A stretch of DNA of 64,000 nt from Microcoleaceae cyanobacterium (GTDB lineage Bacteria > Cyanobacteriota > Cyanobacteriia > Cyanobacteriales > Microcoleaceae), in NCBI GenBank assembly GCA_051652765.1, contig JBOFUV010000052.1, positions 62,270-126,269 of the forward strand. Reading direction: 5' to 3'. The position numbers and the translations under genes are program-made. Shown piece after piece: positions 20,969 to 31,331 of the stretch. The stretch's first letter is position 1. Every line of letters begins with the position of its first letter. The notes below the pieces were generated by a model. That model made no database searches. It worked only from the letters and a program-made list of their open reading frames with translations, and had not been told where the DNA came from.

Positions 20969-23900
20969 ATGTTTACAACTTGTGATCTTCTGGGTTTTGC
21001 TAGTAATGTTTCCGGAAAGTCTAACTTTGACCAGGGTGACATTCAGATTGACTCTCGAACCAATGGAGCAACAGTCGTTATTCTCGATCCGGGCGTAGCA
21101 GACTTCTCTAGCTTGATCGAGGGCATTACTTCAGGCGTTGAAGTATTTGTTCTAGGAACAATGCAGGATGGTGTTCGACAAATCACTGATATCCTCCGTA
21201 AATTCACGCAGGTCTCTGTTCTACACCTCATTTCCCACGGAGCTCCCGGTTGCCTGAACCTAGGCAATAGCGTCCTCAGCCTCAATACTCTCTGTGACTA
21301 CAAGGCTGAACTGCAAGCTTGGTCGGTGTCAGAATTGTTGATTTACGGCTGTAACGTTGCAGCGGGAGATGCCGGAACTGAATTCATCGAAAAACTTCAC
21401 CAACTCACCGGAGCTGAAATTGCTGCGTCTGCTAGTTTAACAGGCTGCGCTGCCCTGGGTGGGGATTGGAACCTCAACGTCAAAACTGGCAACGTTCAGG
21501 CTCTGCTTGTAGTAGACCCTAAAGTTAGGAATGCTTACAATCACGTTCTTGCTACTTTCAATTTCAATGATTTTGACTGGCCCAGTGGTGATCGGACTTT
21601 CTCACAGGCCAATGTCGGAGGTACAGGTGTTGATTTTGACTTTGCTGCAATCGACCCTAATCAACCACCAACCATTCTTCTACCCAACCCTGATGTTCCA
21701 GACCCAGAAAACCCTGGCGTAAATCTTGATATTGGGGATCAAAGCCTATTCACAGGAGGAATCGCCAATAACCAAGAGAGCTTGTTTATCAGCATCAATC
21801 CAAGGAGCAGAGGTCAAGGGATCACAGTTACAGTTGACTTCAGCGAGCCTCTGTTTGGGGTCAATTTTTTCCTGATTGATATCGATGATTCATCTAACTG
21901 GCAAGACCAGATTATTGTTGGGGGTGATAACAATGGTTTGCTGATTAAGCCAACAGTAACTAGCGGGGACACAACAGGGAATCCATCGCTGACAATTGAC
22001 AACAGTGCTGCTAGTACAGTAAGTATCCTTGGCCAAGGAAATATTAATTCTCCTGCAGATTCTAATCAAGGTACAGCCCTAGTTGAGTTTAATGCTCCAA
22101 TTACTCAAGTTATCATTACCTTCCAAGACGGCCCCGGTGCTGTTAACAATCCAGGTGATCACGGGATTGGCCTGTTCGGGGTGATTAACTTTACGAGCAT
22201 TTCAATTGGTGATGTTACGGTTAATGAAGCAGATAATACAGCGACCTTTACGGTAACGTCTTCTGCTCCCGCTGGTGCAGCAGGCATCAACTTTGATTTT
22301 GCAACAACAGATGGAACAGCGATCGCTCCAGAAGATTACACCGCTACAACAGGTGCAGGCATAATTGCGGCAGGATCAACAACCACAACGATTACGGTTC
22401 CTATCACTAATGATGTGTTAAGTGAGCCCAATGAAACACTCAATGTCATCTTATCGAATGTTGTAGGCGCTGCGGTAGCTGATGGTAATGGCGTGGCGAC
22501 AATTCTAGGTGGGTTCCCCATATCAGGTACCTTGTTTGAGGATACCGATAGCGGAGATGACCGTGACCCGGCGGAACCTGTTTTGCCCATTGGTATCACT
22601 GTTAACCTACTGCAAAATGGCAATGTAGTTGCCACAGTAGAGACCGATGCTAGCGGCAACTACACCTTTCCTGAGATTCCTAACGGTAGCTATACTGTCC
22701 AAGTTGATACGGCTGACCCACAAGTTCCTGCAGGATTTATACTGGGCACGCCTAATGATATCCCAGTAACTGTTAATAGTGCAGGTGCTGGAGATATTAA
22801 CTTCGGGTTTGATCCAGCTCCCAACCAACCTCCAGATGCAATTAATGATGGCCCCCTGAATGTTACTCAGGATATTAGTCTACCGATTCCTTCAGCTCAG
22901 TTGTTAGGGAATGACACTGACCCAGAGGGAAATCCACTTACGATTACCAGTGTCCAATCTGCTCAAAACGGAACGGTTACTCTTGACCCGATCACCGGCA
23001 ATATTACCTTTGCCCCAGCTCCTGGGTACAATGGCCCTGCCAGCTTCACCTATACCATTAGTGATGGCAACGGTGGGACTGATATTGCCACAGTTAGTAT
23101 CAACGTTAATGCCCCTGGCAACATTCCTCCTGTAGCCGTTAATGATGGCAACATCACAGCATTCGATACGCCTGTAACTTTCAGTGTTATTGGGAATGAC
23201 ACCGATGTTGATGGTACGGTTCAGCCTGCTACGGTAGACCTTGACCCTGGAACTGCGGGTGTACAAAACACGTTTACGGTTCCCAATGAAGGAACTTTCA
23301 CAGTTGCCGCTAATGGAGAGGTTACCTTTGCCCCAGTTCCTGGGTTTACCGGCCCCTCGACAATTCCTTACACCGTTGCGGATGATGATGGAGCCGTTTC
23401 CAACCCCGCTAATATCTCAGTCACCGTTAATCCGGCCAATGTTCCTCCTGTAGCCGTAGATTTCCCGATTAACATTCCTTCTGGGATTACTGACCCTACT
23501 GGCCTAAATGGCCCAAGGTTGTTACGCGGGGTTGATCCTAACGGAACTATTGAGAATGTTACAGTTGAGACTTTGCCTGATCCTGCTGATGGAGTGTTGT
23601 TGTTCCAGGGAAATCCTGTTAACGAAGGCCAAACCTTTAACCTAAATGAGGTGGGACTAATTGAGTTCCAGACTTCCCCTGAGTTCAATGGAGGAGTCTT
23701 TACCTACCTGGTTACTGATAATCAGGGTGCCAACTCTACTCCCGCAACCGTAACGTTAAACGCGGCTCCGACTGTTCAAAACGAAAGTGTTGACACTCCG
23801 TCTAATACGCCAACTACCCTGGATCTTACAGATAACGTTAACGATCCCGATGGCACCGTTAACTTTGGAACCATTGACCTTGATCCAACAACTCCTGCAG

Positions 23901-25744
23901 TAGATAGCACCCGAGAGGTTCCAGGGGGGCGTTTCACAGTGGGTGACGATGGGACAACCGTAACCTTTACCCCCAATCCAGGGTTCCAGGGCACGGCAAC
24001 GTTAGACTATGTTGTTCAGGATGATCTGGCTAACCTGTCCAATGTTGCTCAACTGGCTGTTACGGTTCAGGCTCCTGTACCCACTCCAACTCCAACCCCA
24101 ACACCCACTCCAACTCCAACCCCAACACCCACTCCAACTCCAACCCCAACCCCAACGCCCACTCCAACACCCACTCCGAATCAACCTCCTGTTGCAGAGA
24201 ATCTGGATCAAACCATTGGGAACAATGGCAATCCTGCTGATATCCCGAATCTAACAGGGACTGATCCGGATGGTACTGTAGTTTCTTTTGCTATTATCGA
24301 TCTCCCTGACCCTTCAGAAGGCGTTTTGGTACTGGATGGACAAGAAATCACAAGCCTGGAGCAAGTTGCAGAGTTAACCCCTGAGCAAACGGGTCAACTG
24401 CAGTTCCAACCTGCTGATGACTTTGCTGGGGAGATTTCGTTCACCTACGTGGCCAAGGACAATGACGGAGCCAGATCTAACGCAGCCACGGTAACCCTAG
24501 AGGTTGAAGGGCCAGAGATTCCCAGGAATGAGCCGGGTGGGAATGGCGCTTGTGATTGCCCGCCGTTCCCTGTAATTCCGGGAATTGACCTGCCTGCCCG
24601 TCCAAATACGACCCAAATACCTAGACTCTTGGGCACAGTTGGAAATGATGCCTTACTGGGAACGGCTGCAGGTGAGGTAATGACAGCCTTGGGCGGGAAT
24701 GACCTAGTTCTTGCCTTAGATGGGAATGACGGGGTCTTTGGCGGCAGCGAAAATGACCTGATCTTCGGGGATAGTGGCAATGATCTCTTGTTCGGTGAAA
24801 CGGGCAACGACACGATCATCGGCAGCAACAGCAATGGCACAGACGTTCCTGTGGGTACGGAAGTTGATGTTATCCACGGCAACAACAACGATGATCTAAT
24901 GCAAGGTGGCCCCGGCAATGACTTCATCTATGGAGGTGAAGACAATGACTTTGCCTATGGAGGTCGCGGCAATGACCAAATGTGGGGTGACTTTGGCAGC
25001 GACACACTATTTGGGGATCAGGGAAATGACACCCTGTTTGGGGATTACAAGGTCTCTGAACAGTTCACCTTTGAAGGGCCAGATATTATGCTGGGTGGCA
25101 CTGGTGATGACATGATCAGTGGCAACCGCGACAATGATACTCTCAGTGGAGGAGATGGGGCAGATACCCTGTACGGTGGTGAAGAAGACGATCTTCTCCA
25201 TGGCGACACTGGGAATGATCTGATGTATGGAGATCTAGGTGCTGATCATCTCTGTGGAGATGCTGGAGACGATACCCTGTTCGGAGACTTGGACGTTCCT
25301 AGTTCAAGTGCGACTCCTGGGACAGGGCCAGATACACTTTCTGGCGGGGAAGGGAATGATTTGCTACTTAGCAACGAGGCCGAAGATGAACTGTGTGGGG
25401 GCAGTGGCAATGACACTTTATACAGCGGTCAGGGTGCCGATAACCTCAGTGGTGGTAGCGGTGAAGATTGGCTCCTGGGTGACCAAGGCAATGACACAAT
25501 GTCTGGGGGAGAAGGCGGCGATCGCTTTATTCTCTTCCTCGAAGATGGCACTGATACCCTGACGGACTTCCGAATTGACCTCGATTTGATTGCTTTGGGT
25601 GGTAGCCTTACCTTTGAGCAATTGACTTTAACTCAGAATGGCACTTCTACACTGATCAGTTCAGGTGGTCAAGATTTAGCGGTGTTGACTGGGGTTCAGG
25701 TGAGTTCTCTCACGTCAGACAATTTCATCTCCTTCGCTGGTTAG
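20969..25744 (+). CDS. Large secreted surface protein: DUF4347, Calx-beta, SdrD-B-like, Ig/cadherin-like repeats, (PT)n linker, RTX Ca-binding tail
   Basis: LHLISHGAPG...LLIYGCNVA...GGDW (DUF4347); ATTDGTAIAPEDY; NQPPDAIND/NDTDPEG/FTYTISDGNGG; many GGxGND nonamers; no N-terminal signal peptide. Confidence 0.9.
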   Translation: MFTTCDLLGFASNVSGKSNFDQGDIQIDSRTNGATVVILDPGVADFSSLIEGITSGVEVFVLGTMQDGVRQITDILRKFTQVSVLHLISHGAPGCLNLGNSVLSLNTLCDYKAELQAWSVSELLIYGCNVAAGDAGTEFIEKLHQLTGAEIAASASLTGCAALGGDWNLNVKTGNVQALLVVDPKVRNAYNHVLATFNFNDFDWPSGDRTFSQANVGGTGVDFDFAAIDPNQPPTILLPNPDVPDPENPGVNLDIGDQSLFTGGIANNQESLFISINPRSRGQGITVTVDFSEPLFGVNFFLIDIDDSSNWQDQIIVGGDNNGLLIKPTVTSGDTTGNPSLTIDNSAASTVSILGQGNINSPADSNQGTALVEFNAPITQVIITFQDGPGAVNNPGDHGIGLFGVINFTSISIGDVTVNEADNTATFTVTSSAPAGAAGINFDFATTDGTAIAPEDYTATTGAGIIAAGSTTTTITVPITNDVLSEPNETLNVILSNVVGAAVADGNGVATILGGFPISGTLFEDTDSGDDRDPAEPVLPIGITVNLLQNGNVVATVETDASGNYTFPEIPNGSYTVQVDTADPQVPAGFILGTPNDIPVTVNSAGAGDINFGFDPAPNQPPDAINDGPLNVTQDISLPIPSAQLLGNDTDPEGNPLTITSVQSAQNGTVTLDPITGNITFAPAPGYNGPASFTYTISDGNGGTDIATVSINVNAPGNIPPVAVNDGNITAFDTPVTFSVIGNDTDVDGTVQPATVDLDPGTAGVQNTFTVPNEGTFTVAANGEVTFAPVPGFTGPSTIPYTVADDDGAVSNPANISVTVNPANVPPVAVDFPINIPSGITDPTGLNGPRLLRGVDPNGTIENVTVETLPDPADGVLLFQGNPVNEGQTFNLNEVGLIEFQTSPEFNGGVFTYLVTDNQGANSTPATVTLNAAPTVQNESVDTPSNTPTTLDLTDNVNDPDGTVNFGTIDLDPTTPAVDSTREVPGGRFTVGDDGTTVTFTPNPGFQGTATLDYVVQDDLANLSNVAQLAVTVQAPVPTPTPTPTPTPTPTPTPTPTPTPTPTPTPTPTPNQPPVAENLDQTIGNNGNPADIPNLTGTDPDGTVVSFAIIDLPDPSEGVLVLDGQEITSLEQVAELTPEQTGQLQFQPADDFAGEISFTYVAKDNDGARSNAATVTLEVEGPEIPRNEPGGNGACDCPPFPVIPGIDLPARPNTTQIPRLLGTVGNDALLGTAAGEVMTALGGNDLVLALDGNDGVFGGSENDLIFGDSGNDLLFGETGNDTIIGSNSNGTDVPVGTEVDVIHGNNNDDLMQGGPGNDFIYGGEDNDFAYGGRGNDQMWGDFGSDTLFGDQGNDTLFGDYKVSEQFTFEGPDIMLGGTGDDMISGNRDNDTLSGGDGADTLYGGEEDDLLHGDTGNDLMYGDLGADHLCGDAGDDTLFGDLDVPSSSATPGTGPDTLSGGEGNDLLLSNEAEDELCGGSGNDTLYSGQGADNLSGGSGEDWLLGDQGNDTMSGGEGGDRFILFLEDGTDTLTDFRIDLDLIALGGSLTFEQLTLTQNGTSTLISSGGQDLAVLTGVQVSSLTSDNFISFAG
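24077..24178 (+). repeat. Pro-Thr dipeptide linker, about 17 units
   Basis: CCCACTCCAACTCCAACCCCAACA-type tandem repeats encoding (PT)n. Confidence 0.9.
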
Positions 25745-25753
25745 GTCTGGCAT

Positions 25754-25806
25754 TTGAAAATTGCCATAGAAGCTACTGCCCGCAACTTCTATGGCACGAT
25801 TTTCAA
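25754..25806 (+). terminator. Stem-loop downstream of the RTX gene
   Basis: TGCCATAGAAG...CTTCTATGGCA flanked by TGAAAA/TTTTCA. Confidence 0.6.
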
Positions 25807-25932
25807 TCTGATAACACCACAGTCCCAAAGTCCATGGACTTTACTTATAGGAGAAACGCTATATACTGATCGCTGTTTACTGATTGCATCAAGTTCACCA
25901 ACAGACTATTAACAGACCACTGACAGATAGTT

Positions 25933-26118
25933 GTGACCCAATTTTCCCAATCTAATCAACAAATGTTTACGCACTTATTCTGGATGCTAGCCAGTTTGAC
26001 ATTGGCCATCTGGATTCTCAGAGGGCTAGGGGTTTTGGCTTTTCTTCCAGGCGCAGTTCTTTGGTTATTGCTGTTGCTCACTTTTGCAGCTAGTGTTCTG
26101 AGCCAAGTCAGCCGGTAG
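25933..26118 (+). CDS. Small two-TM membrane protein
   Basis: 61 aa, two hydrophobic helices around WILRGLGVLAFLPG. Confidence 0.65.
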   Translation: MTQFSQSNQQMFTHLFWMLASLTLAIWILRGLGVLAFLPGAVLWLLLLLTFAASVLSQVSR

Positions 26119-26343
26119 CCCAATACCTTCATTAATCAATTGATTAAGTTAATTGATTAGGTTAATTGACTCAAAACTCTAGATTGCTTAGAGGTAGACT
26201 AATCAAGCAGGCTAAGCTATCATAAAGAATTGACAGTCGGTGTTTGAGAATCTCAGACCAGTCCTTTTAGGGCAGGTCTTTTGAGTTGAGAAAGATGAAC
26301 CTTTAGTTTTTGTTGTTAGCCGTTTTTTTATAAAGGAGAGAAG

Positions 26344-26541
26344 ATGACCCAAGTTATTCTGGGTGAAAATGAACAGTTAGAGTCTGCTCTGCGCCGATTT
26401 AAGCGAGAAGTATCTAAAGCAGGAATCTTGGCGGACGTACGAAAGAAGCGTCATTTTGAAACGCCTCCCGAGAAGCGTAAGCGTAAAGCAATTGCGAATC
26501 AGCGTCAGAGGCGAGCATTCCGCAAGAAGAGAATGTTCTAG
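26344..26541 (+). CDS. rpsU: 30S ribosomal protein S21
   Basis: [14 protein letters not shown]...[26 protein letters not shown]. Confidence 0.96.
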   Translation: MTQVILGENEQLESALRRFKREVSKAGILADVRKKRHFETPPEKRKRKAIANQRQRRAFRKKRMF

Positions 26542-26590
26542 GTTCTTCCTGGGAAATTCACGCTGAATTAACTTCCAGAGTCATTAAGAC

Positions 26591-26624
26591 CTTTGAGAGG
26601 CGTTGGAACCAACGCCTCTCAAAG
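26591..26624 (+). terminator. Intrinsic terminator of rpsU
   Basis: CTTTGAGAGGCGTTGG-AA-CCAACGCCTCTCAAAG followed by TTTT. Confidence 0.8.
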
Positions 26625-26813
26625 TTTTGGGGAAGTTCACCATAGCCCTCGAATGGGTTTGCATCCGTTGAAGGCATCGGCCACAATAGGAATGAGAGTA
26701 TCTAGTGAAAGAGTCGGTTACAATAGTTAGCAACTATTGATTTTTCGTAACAAATGCTGGTAGATAGTTATAGTCATTGAATATTTAATTCAAACATTTG
26801 ATTTACTTCATCC

Positions 26814-27530
26814 ATGCAAGTTATAATCTCCCAAGCTCCTAGCTCAGCTCTGAAGTCTTCAAAAACGCAACCTCATCCCCTGAAAGTTGTTGCTTTGGGT
26901 GATAGCCTGGTTTATGGCTACGGTGATCCTGACGGCGGAGGTTGGGTTGAGCGCCTCAGGCGGCAATGGATGCTCTCTGGGTCTCCTGGTCATGTCCTGT
27001 ATAACCTGGGTGTTCGGGGAAATCGAGTTACCCATGTCTACGAGCGTCTGGAGCATGAATTTCGTCATCGTGGCGAACTGCGGAACCGTGTTCCTGATGT
27101 CATTATTCTCTCCGTTGGAATCAATGATTCTGCACGGGTACAATCTCCACAAGGGCGAGAATATACAGAGTTTGAAAAATTTCAGGCGTTAATGAATGGC
27201 CTCTTGGATCAGGCTCAGCCGCTTTGTCCAGTTTTGTTTGTCGGTATGGTGCCCGTGGATGAAGCCAAGATGCCGTTTCAAGAATGCTTATTCTACACCC
27301 ATGCCGATCAACATCGCTACAAAGAGGTGACGCGGCTGGCTTGTTTGGATCGGAACATTCCTTATCTTGATATTTTTCAACAGTGGATTGATCGAGGGGA
27401 ACCCTGGTGGCGATCGCACCTTTGTGCTGACGGATTACATCCCAATAGTGCTGGATATCAGTCCCTCTTGAGTGACGTTCTAGCATGGGAACCCGTTGTT
27501 CAGTTGACCATTTCCCAACACCATGGGTAG
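26814..27530 (+). CDS. SGNH/GDSL hydrolase
   Basis: ALGDSL, NLGVRG, SVGIND, DGLHPN blocks. Confidence 0.92.
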   Translation: MQVIISQAPSSALKSSKTQPHPLKVVALGDSLVYGYGDPDGGGWVERLRRQWMLSGSPGHVLYNLGVRGNRVTHVYERLEHEFRHRGELRNRVPDVIILSVGINDSARVQSPQGREYTEFEKFQALMNGLLDQAQPLCPVLFVGMVPVDEAKMPFQECLFYTHADQHRYKEVTRLACLDRNIPYLDIFQQWIDRGEPWWRSHLCADGLHPNSAGYQSLLSDVLAWEPVVQLTISQHHG

Positions 27531-28317
27531 GGTTAACTGCTGTCAGCCGATTACGTCCAAAGTTTTGCAATCTTGGCAAAAGGTGCGTTTGCTGGCCACC
27601 GATGTTGATGGCACTCTTACTACTCAACAGCAGTTTCCATCGACGATGGTTCAAAGTTTAGAACGATTAGCTGAGGCCGGTATTGCGGTCTTACTGGTTA
27701 CAGGTCGCTCTGCGGGGTGGGTGCAAGGGTTGGCCCATTATCTTCCAGTCCTGGGGGCGATCGCCGAAAATGGCGGAGTGTTCTATCACAAGGACTCTGA
27801 TGTGGCAAAGGTGTTAAGTCCAATTCCCAACCTTGCTCAACATCGTCAACAGTTGGCATCAACTTTTCACACGCTCCAATCGCAATACCCCAACCTACAG
27901 GAATCAACAGATAATGACTTTCGCCTAACAGATTGGACATTTGATGTCAATCAGATCAGATATACCGATCTGCAAACCCTAGCTGAAATCTGCGCCCAAC
28001 AAGGCTGGGGATTTACCTACAGCACGGTGCAGTGTCACATAAAACCGCTAAAACAGGATAAAGCAACGGGATTGCAACAAGTTTTATCTCAACACTTATC
28101 GACTTTAGGTTCAACACTCCAACTCGAAACCGTGATCACTATGGGTGATAGCCCCAATGATGAATCTTTGTTCAATCCAGCGTTGTTTCCTCAGTCCGTT
28201 GGGGTTGCTAATATTTTGGACTATGCCCAAACCCTGACTGATTTGCCGGCTTATGTAACGGTCAACCGAGAAGCAGCAGGATTTTGTGAGTTTGTTCAAG
28301 GATTACTTCAATCTTAA
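27523..28317 (+). CDS. HAD-superfamily subfamily IIB hydrolase
   Basis: ATDVDGTLT, VTGRS, ENGG, GDSPND. Confidence 0.9.
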   Translation: MGRVNCCQPITSKVLQSWQKVRLLATDVDGTLTTQQQFPSTMVQSLERLAEAGIAVLLVTGRSAGWVQGLAHYLPVLGAIAENGGVFYHKDSDVAKVLSPIPNLAQHRQQLASTFHTLQSQYPNLQESTDNDFRLTDWTFDVNQIRYTDLQTLAEICAQQGWGFTYSTVQCHIKPLKQDKATGLQQVLSQHLSTLGSTLQLETVITMGDSPNDESLFNPALFPQSVGVANILDYAQTLTDLPAYVTVNREAAGFCEFVQGLLQS

Positions 28318-28383
28318 AAAAGTGCTAAAAAAAGCGCCGTCAAGCAGCGCTCTTAAAGCTTTTACACGAGTAAACATCCCAGT

Positions 28384-29025
28384 CTAGCGTTCGTTGTAGC
28401 AGTCATAGGGGTTTTGGGGTGAACAGTAATTGATATTACGGTTGTTGCGATTGCCCCGTCCATAGTCCCGCTGGTCATAACGTCGATCATAGCGACCGTT
28501 ATCGCCATTTAATCTGCGATCACGGTTGTTATTCTCGTCGAAGTTACGATAGCGCTCTCTGACCTCTCGGTCATTATAGCGATCGTTATAACGGTCGTCA
28601 TTGCGATTATCGTAACGATCATCATCATGACGGCGATCATAACGATCATCATCACGACGGCGATCATAACGGTCATCATCACGATCGCGACTATCGCTGT
28701 ATCGTTCTCTCCAGTCCTCTTCTTCCCGATCAAGCTCTTTATCCAGGGCTTTGTGAGCGTCCCGGATAATGCGCTCTTTCTCCTTTTGAGATAAGCGACG
28801 ATTATGAGACTGGTTCATCTCACTGTTAATTTGCTGATCCAGTTCCAGGTGACGGCGACGCTGATAATCGTCCCAAGCATCAGCCACCAGAACGCCTCGA
28901 CCTTGAGACAATTCAGAGACTGAACGGATTGAGTTAGTGCGATTTGGATAGACAGGTGCAGCCATAGTAGGAAGGACTGAACCTGTAACCATCAGAAGGG
29001 TAACAATTGTTAAGACCGATTTCAT
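28384..29025 (-). CDS. Secreted low-complexity Asp/Arg/Tyr-rich hypothetical protein
   Basis: Signal peptide MKSVLTIVTLLMVTGSVLPTMA; DDRYDRRRD-type repeats; RBS GAGGAGG. Confidence 0.8.
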   Translation of the reverse strand: MKSVLTIVTLLMVTGSVLPTMAAPVYPNRTNSIRSVSELSQGRGVLVADAWDDYQRRRHLELDQQINSEMNQSHNRRLSQKEKERIIRDAHKALDKELDREEEDWRERYSDSRDRDDDRYDRRRDDDRYDRRHDDDRYDNRNDDRYNDRYNDREVRERYRNFDENNNRDRRLNGDNGRYDRRYDQRDYGRGNRNNRNINYCSPQNPYDCYNER

Positions 29026-29889
29026 AGATCCTCCTCAGTCGATCTGAGATAGATTGACCGCTCCATACTTCAATGATAACGTAGACAACAATCCAAGAAG
29101 TATTTCAGCCATAGCACTTTGCTCATGAACAAGATAAGCTCTACCCGAACACTATGTCGGCAAACCTTACTTTTCCCTGGGTTTCTAAAATTTTTGTAGT
29201 CAAAGGGCCATAATACCCCGGCAGATTTAATTAAAGAGTCGATTCTTCAGTCTAGAAAGTTCCCTTAAGTTTCAACTAATAGCTTAAATAATTGTTCATC
29301 GTTAATGCAAACGACAATAACAGCACCCTAACCTTACTTTCAGGGACTTCCTCTTCTAACTCGGGTAACTTAGAGATGCACTAAGACTAGCTTAACTGCA
29401 TTGCTCCCAGACCTTAAACTGAGGAAATATAAAAATAAGTTGCGGATGCTGTTACCGAACTAGATGAGACAGATATTGTGTAAAACAGTATTTCGACCTC
29501 CTAAATTTTGTTGAGCGATCGCCTCTAACTAAACAACTTGAAGTGGAGTTACACCCTCGACCCTCAATCCAGATATTCTTAAGGTTAAGACTGGATCTCT
29601 AAAATCAAGATCTGCTTTACTCCCTGATTTAAACAAGAGGAAATATCAACAAAATTGAGTCTTGACAACTGTTTGACAGGGTACACATGAGATGAAACAG
29701 TATACAAACCTCCTTAATTCCTATCTGTCAGTGAAGCTTTTCTGCTTCAATTTCTAATATAAATCCTATTTACTAATTGAACAAGTTAACTCAAAGATTA
29801 TTTACTTTTAAATGAGCATTAACGTCTACTAATATTAACTTAAGTAAACTCTATTTTGTCGGTTGGGTAGAACATAGTCGGATAGAACA

Positions 29890-30028
29890 TACAGCCGTTT
29901 TGGTTTAGATCCGATCCGGAACGATCCCTCTAAATCCCCCTGTTTACAGAAGACTTGCGGGGCTGAGATCTCCCTCGTTGATTGAGCTGATTGAGTTGAT
30001 TTACACAGAGACAAACCATTAGGCTGTG
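29890..30028. mobile_element. Degenerate MITE-like element related to 54354-54462
   Basis: Left TACAGCCGTTTTGGTTT, right AAACCATTAGGCTGT; internal TAAATCCCC...ACTTG...GCTGAGAT shared with the 54.4-kb copy. Confidence 0.5.
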
Positions 30029-30033
30029 CTGGA

Positions 30034-31218
30034 TCAGCACTGTGGCAGGATTCGTTGCCAGGTCAACCCTTGTCCTGAATTCTTTTGCCATCTCAAGAGT
30101 TGGCTGACAGGCTGAGCGATCAGGTCAAACTTGCCCAACGCTTGTCGAGGAGCCAGGGTTGCTATGGTAATAGCTTCTTCTACGGTGCAGAGTCCCCAAG
30201 TGGCCAAATTTTGAACTCCGGCCAACAGGGGTAAGGTAGTTCCAACGAGGGTGCCATCGTTCAGCCGTGCTGTCCCATGGGCCACTTGAATTTGCCGCTG
30301 ATCCCATGGATAGGTTCCATCTGGCAAACCTAAGGGGGCAAGGGCATCGCTAACCAGGAAAAGTTTTGACCCGATTTCTGTAGCCTCTGGCCGACCTCGT
30401 GCCACTCGGATAGAAACATCCAGCATCGTGGGGCAAATGTGTTGACCATCGGCAATCAAGCCGCAGTGAACCTGAGGATGAACCAAGGCTGCTCCTAAAA
30501 GCCCCGGTTCTCGGTGGTGTAAACTGGGCATTGCATTGAAAGCATGGGTGACCATGGAAGCTCCCTGATCAAAAGCCCGTTGTGCTTGAATTGCTGTTGC
30601 CTGGGAATGACCTAAACTCACAATAATTCCTAGCTTTTGTAAATATTCCAAGGTTTCTCCACTCTCGTCCAACTCTGGGGCTAGGGTGATAATTCTTATG
30701 CAGTCGGCATAATCTCCCAGAACTTGTTTCAGGTTCTCAAGGGTTAGGGGCAATAAGTCCGCTTGAGGATGGGCCCCCCGTTTGTCAGGATTGAGAAAAG
30801 GCCCCTCCAAATGAACGCCCAAGATCTGAGCCGTGTTTGGCGGCTGTTGAGGAATGAACTCAGCCAAGACTTGGAGCGATCGCCGAATATTTTCGATCCC
30901 TGTGGTCACAATTGTAGGCAAAAATCCATCTACTCCCTGGGCCCAGAGAAACTGACAGATTTTTTCTAACGTTTCCCTATCCCCCGATTGTACTTCTGGA
31001 AACGCCAGTCCTAATGCTCCATTAATCTGTAAGTCCACGCCTCCCGGAGATACCCAGTCTCCCCCCAAGTCCAATTCCTCAACGTCAGGCCGGAGCGGCT
31101 CAGCCATCCCTTGAATACGGGCAATTTTCCCCTGACGAATTGCCAGCCGCTGTAAGGCAGGGTAACCCAGAAGTTTTGCATTAGTGAGATCAAGGCAAAT
31201 TGCCGGTTGTTCTATCAT
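30034..31218 (-). CDS. nagA: N-acetylglucosamine-6-phosphate deacetylase
   Basis: DLQING, HLEGPFL, GAH, TLAPE, GHS, THAFNAM, IADGQH, VSDA. Confidence 0.93.
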   Translation of the reverse strand: MIEQPAICLDLTNAKLLGYPALQRLAIRQGKIARIQGMAEPLRPDVEELDLGGDWVSPGGVDLQINGALGLAFPEVQSGDRETLEKICQFLWAQGVDGFLPTIVTTGIENIRRSLQVLAEFIPQQPPNTAQILGVHLEGPFLNPDKRGAHPQADLLPLTLENLKQVLGDYADCIRIITLAPELDESGETLEYLQKLGIIVSLGHSQATAIQAQRAFDQGASMVTHAFNAMPSLHHREPGLLGAALVHPQVHCGLIADGQHICPTMLDVSIRVARGRPEATEIGSKLFLVSDALAPLGLPDGTYPWDQRQIQVAHGTARLNDGTLVGTTLPLLAGVQNLATWGLCTVEEAITIATLAPRQALGKFDLIAQPVSQLLRWQKNSGQGLTWQRILPQC

Positions 31219-31331
31219 GAATCACTCTTTATAAAGCGTTAGTTACCGATTAAGTTTTTTCGTTCCCTAAAGTATAGTAGCCTGCTAGAATTAGAGGCTG
31301 TTCAAACTAAGCTGCCGTTGTCCTTGTTAAC

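Noticed and set aside
29150..29260. GGCAAACC...AAAG resembling a c-di-GMP-I riboswitch start
   Set aside because: No GAAA-capped P2 stem or recognisable P3 could be built
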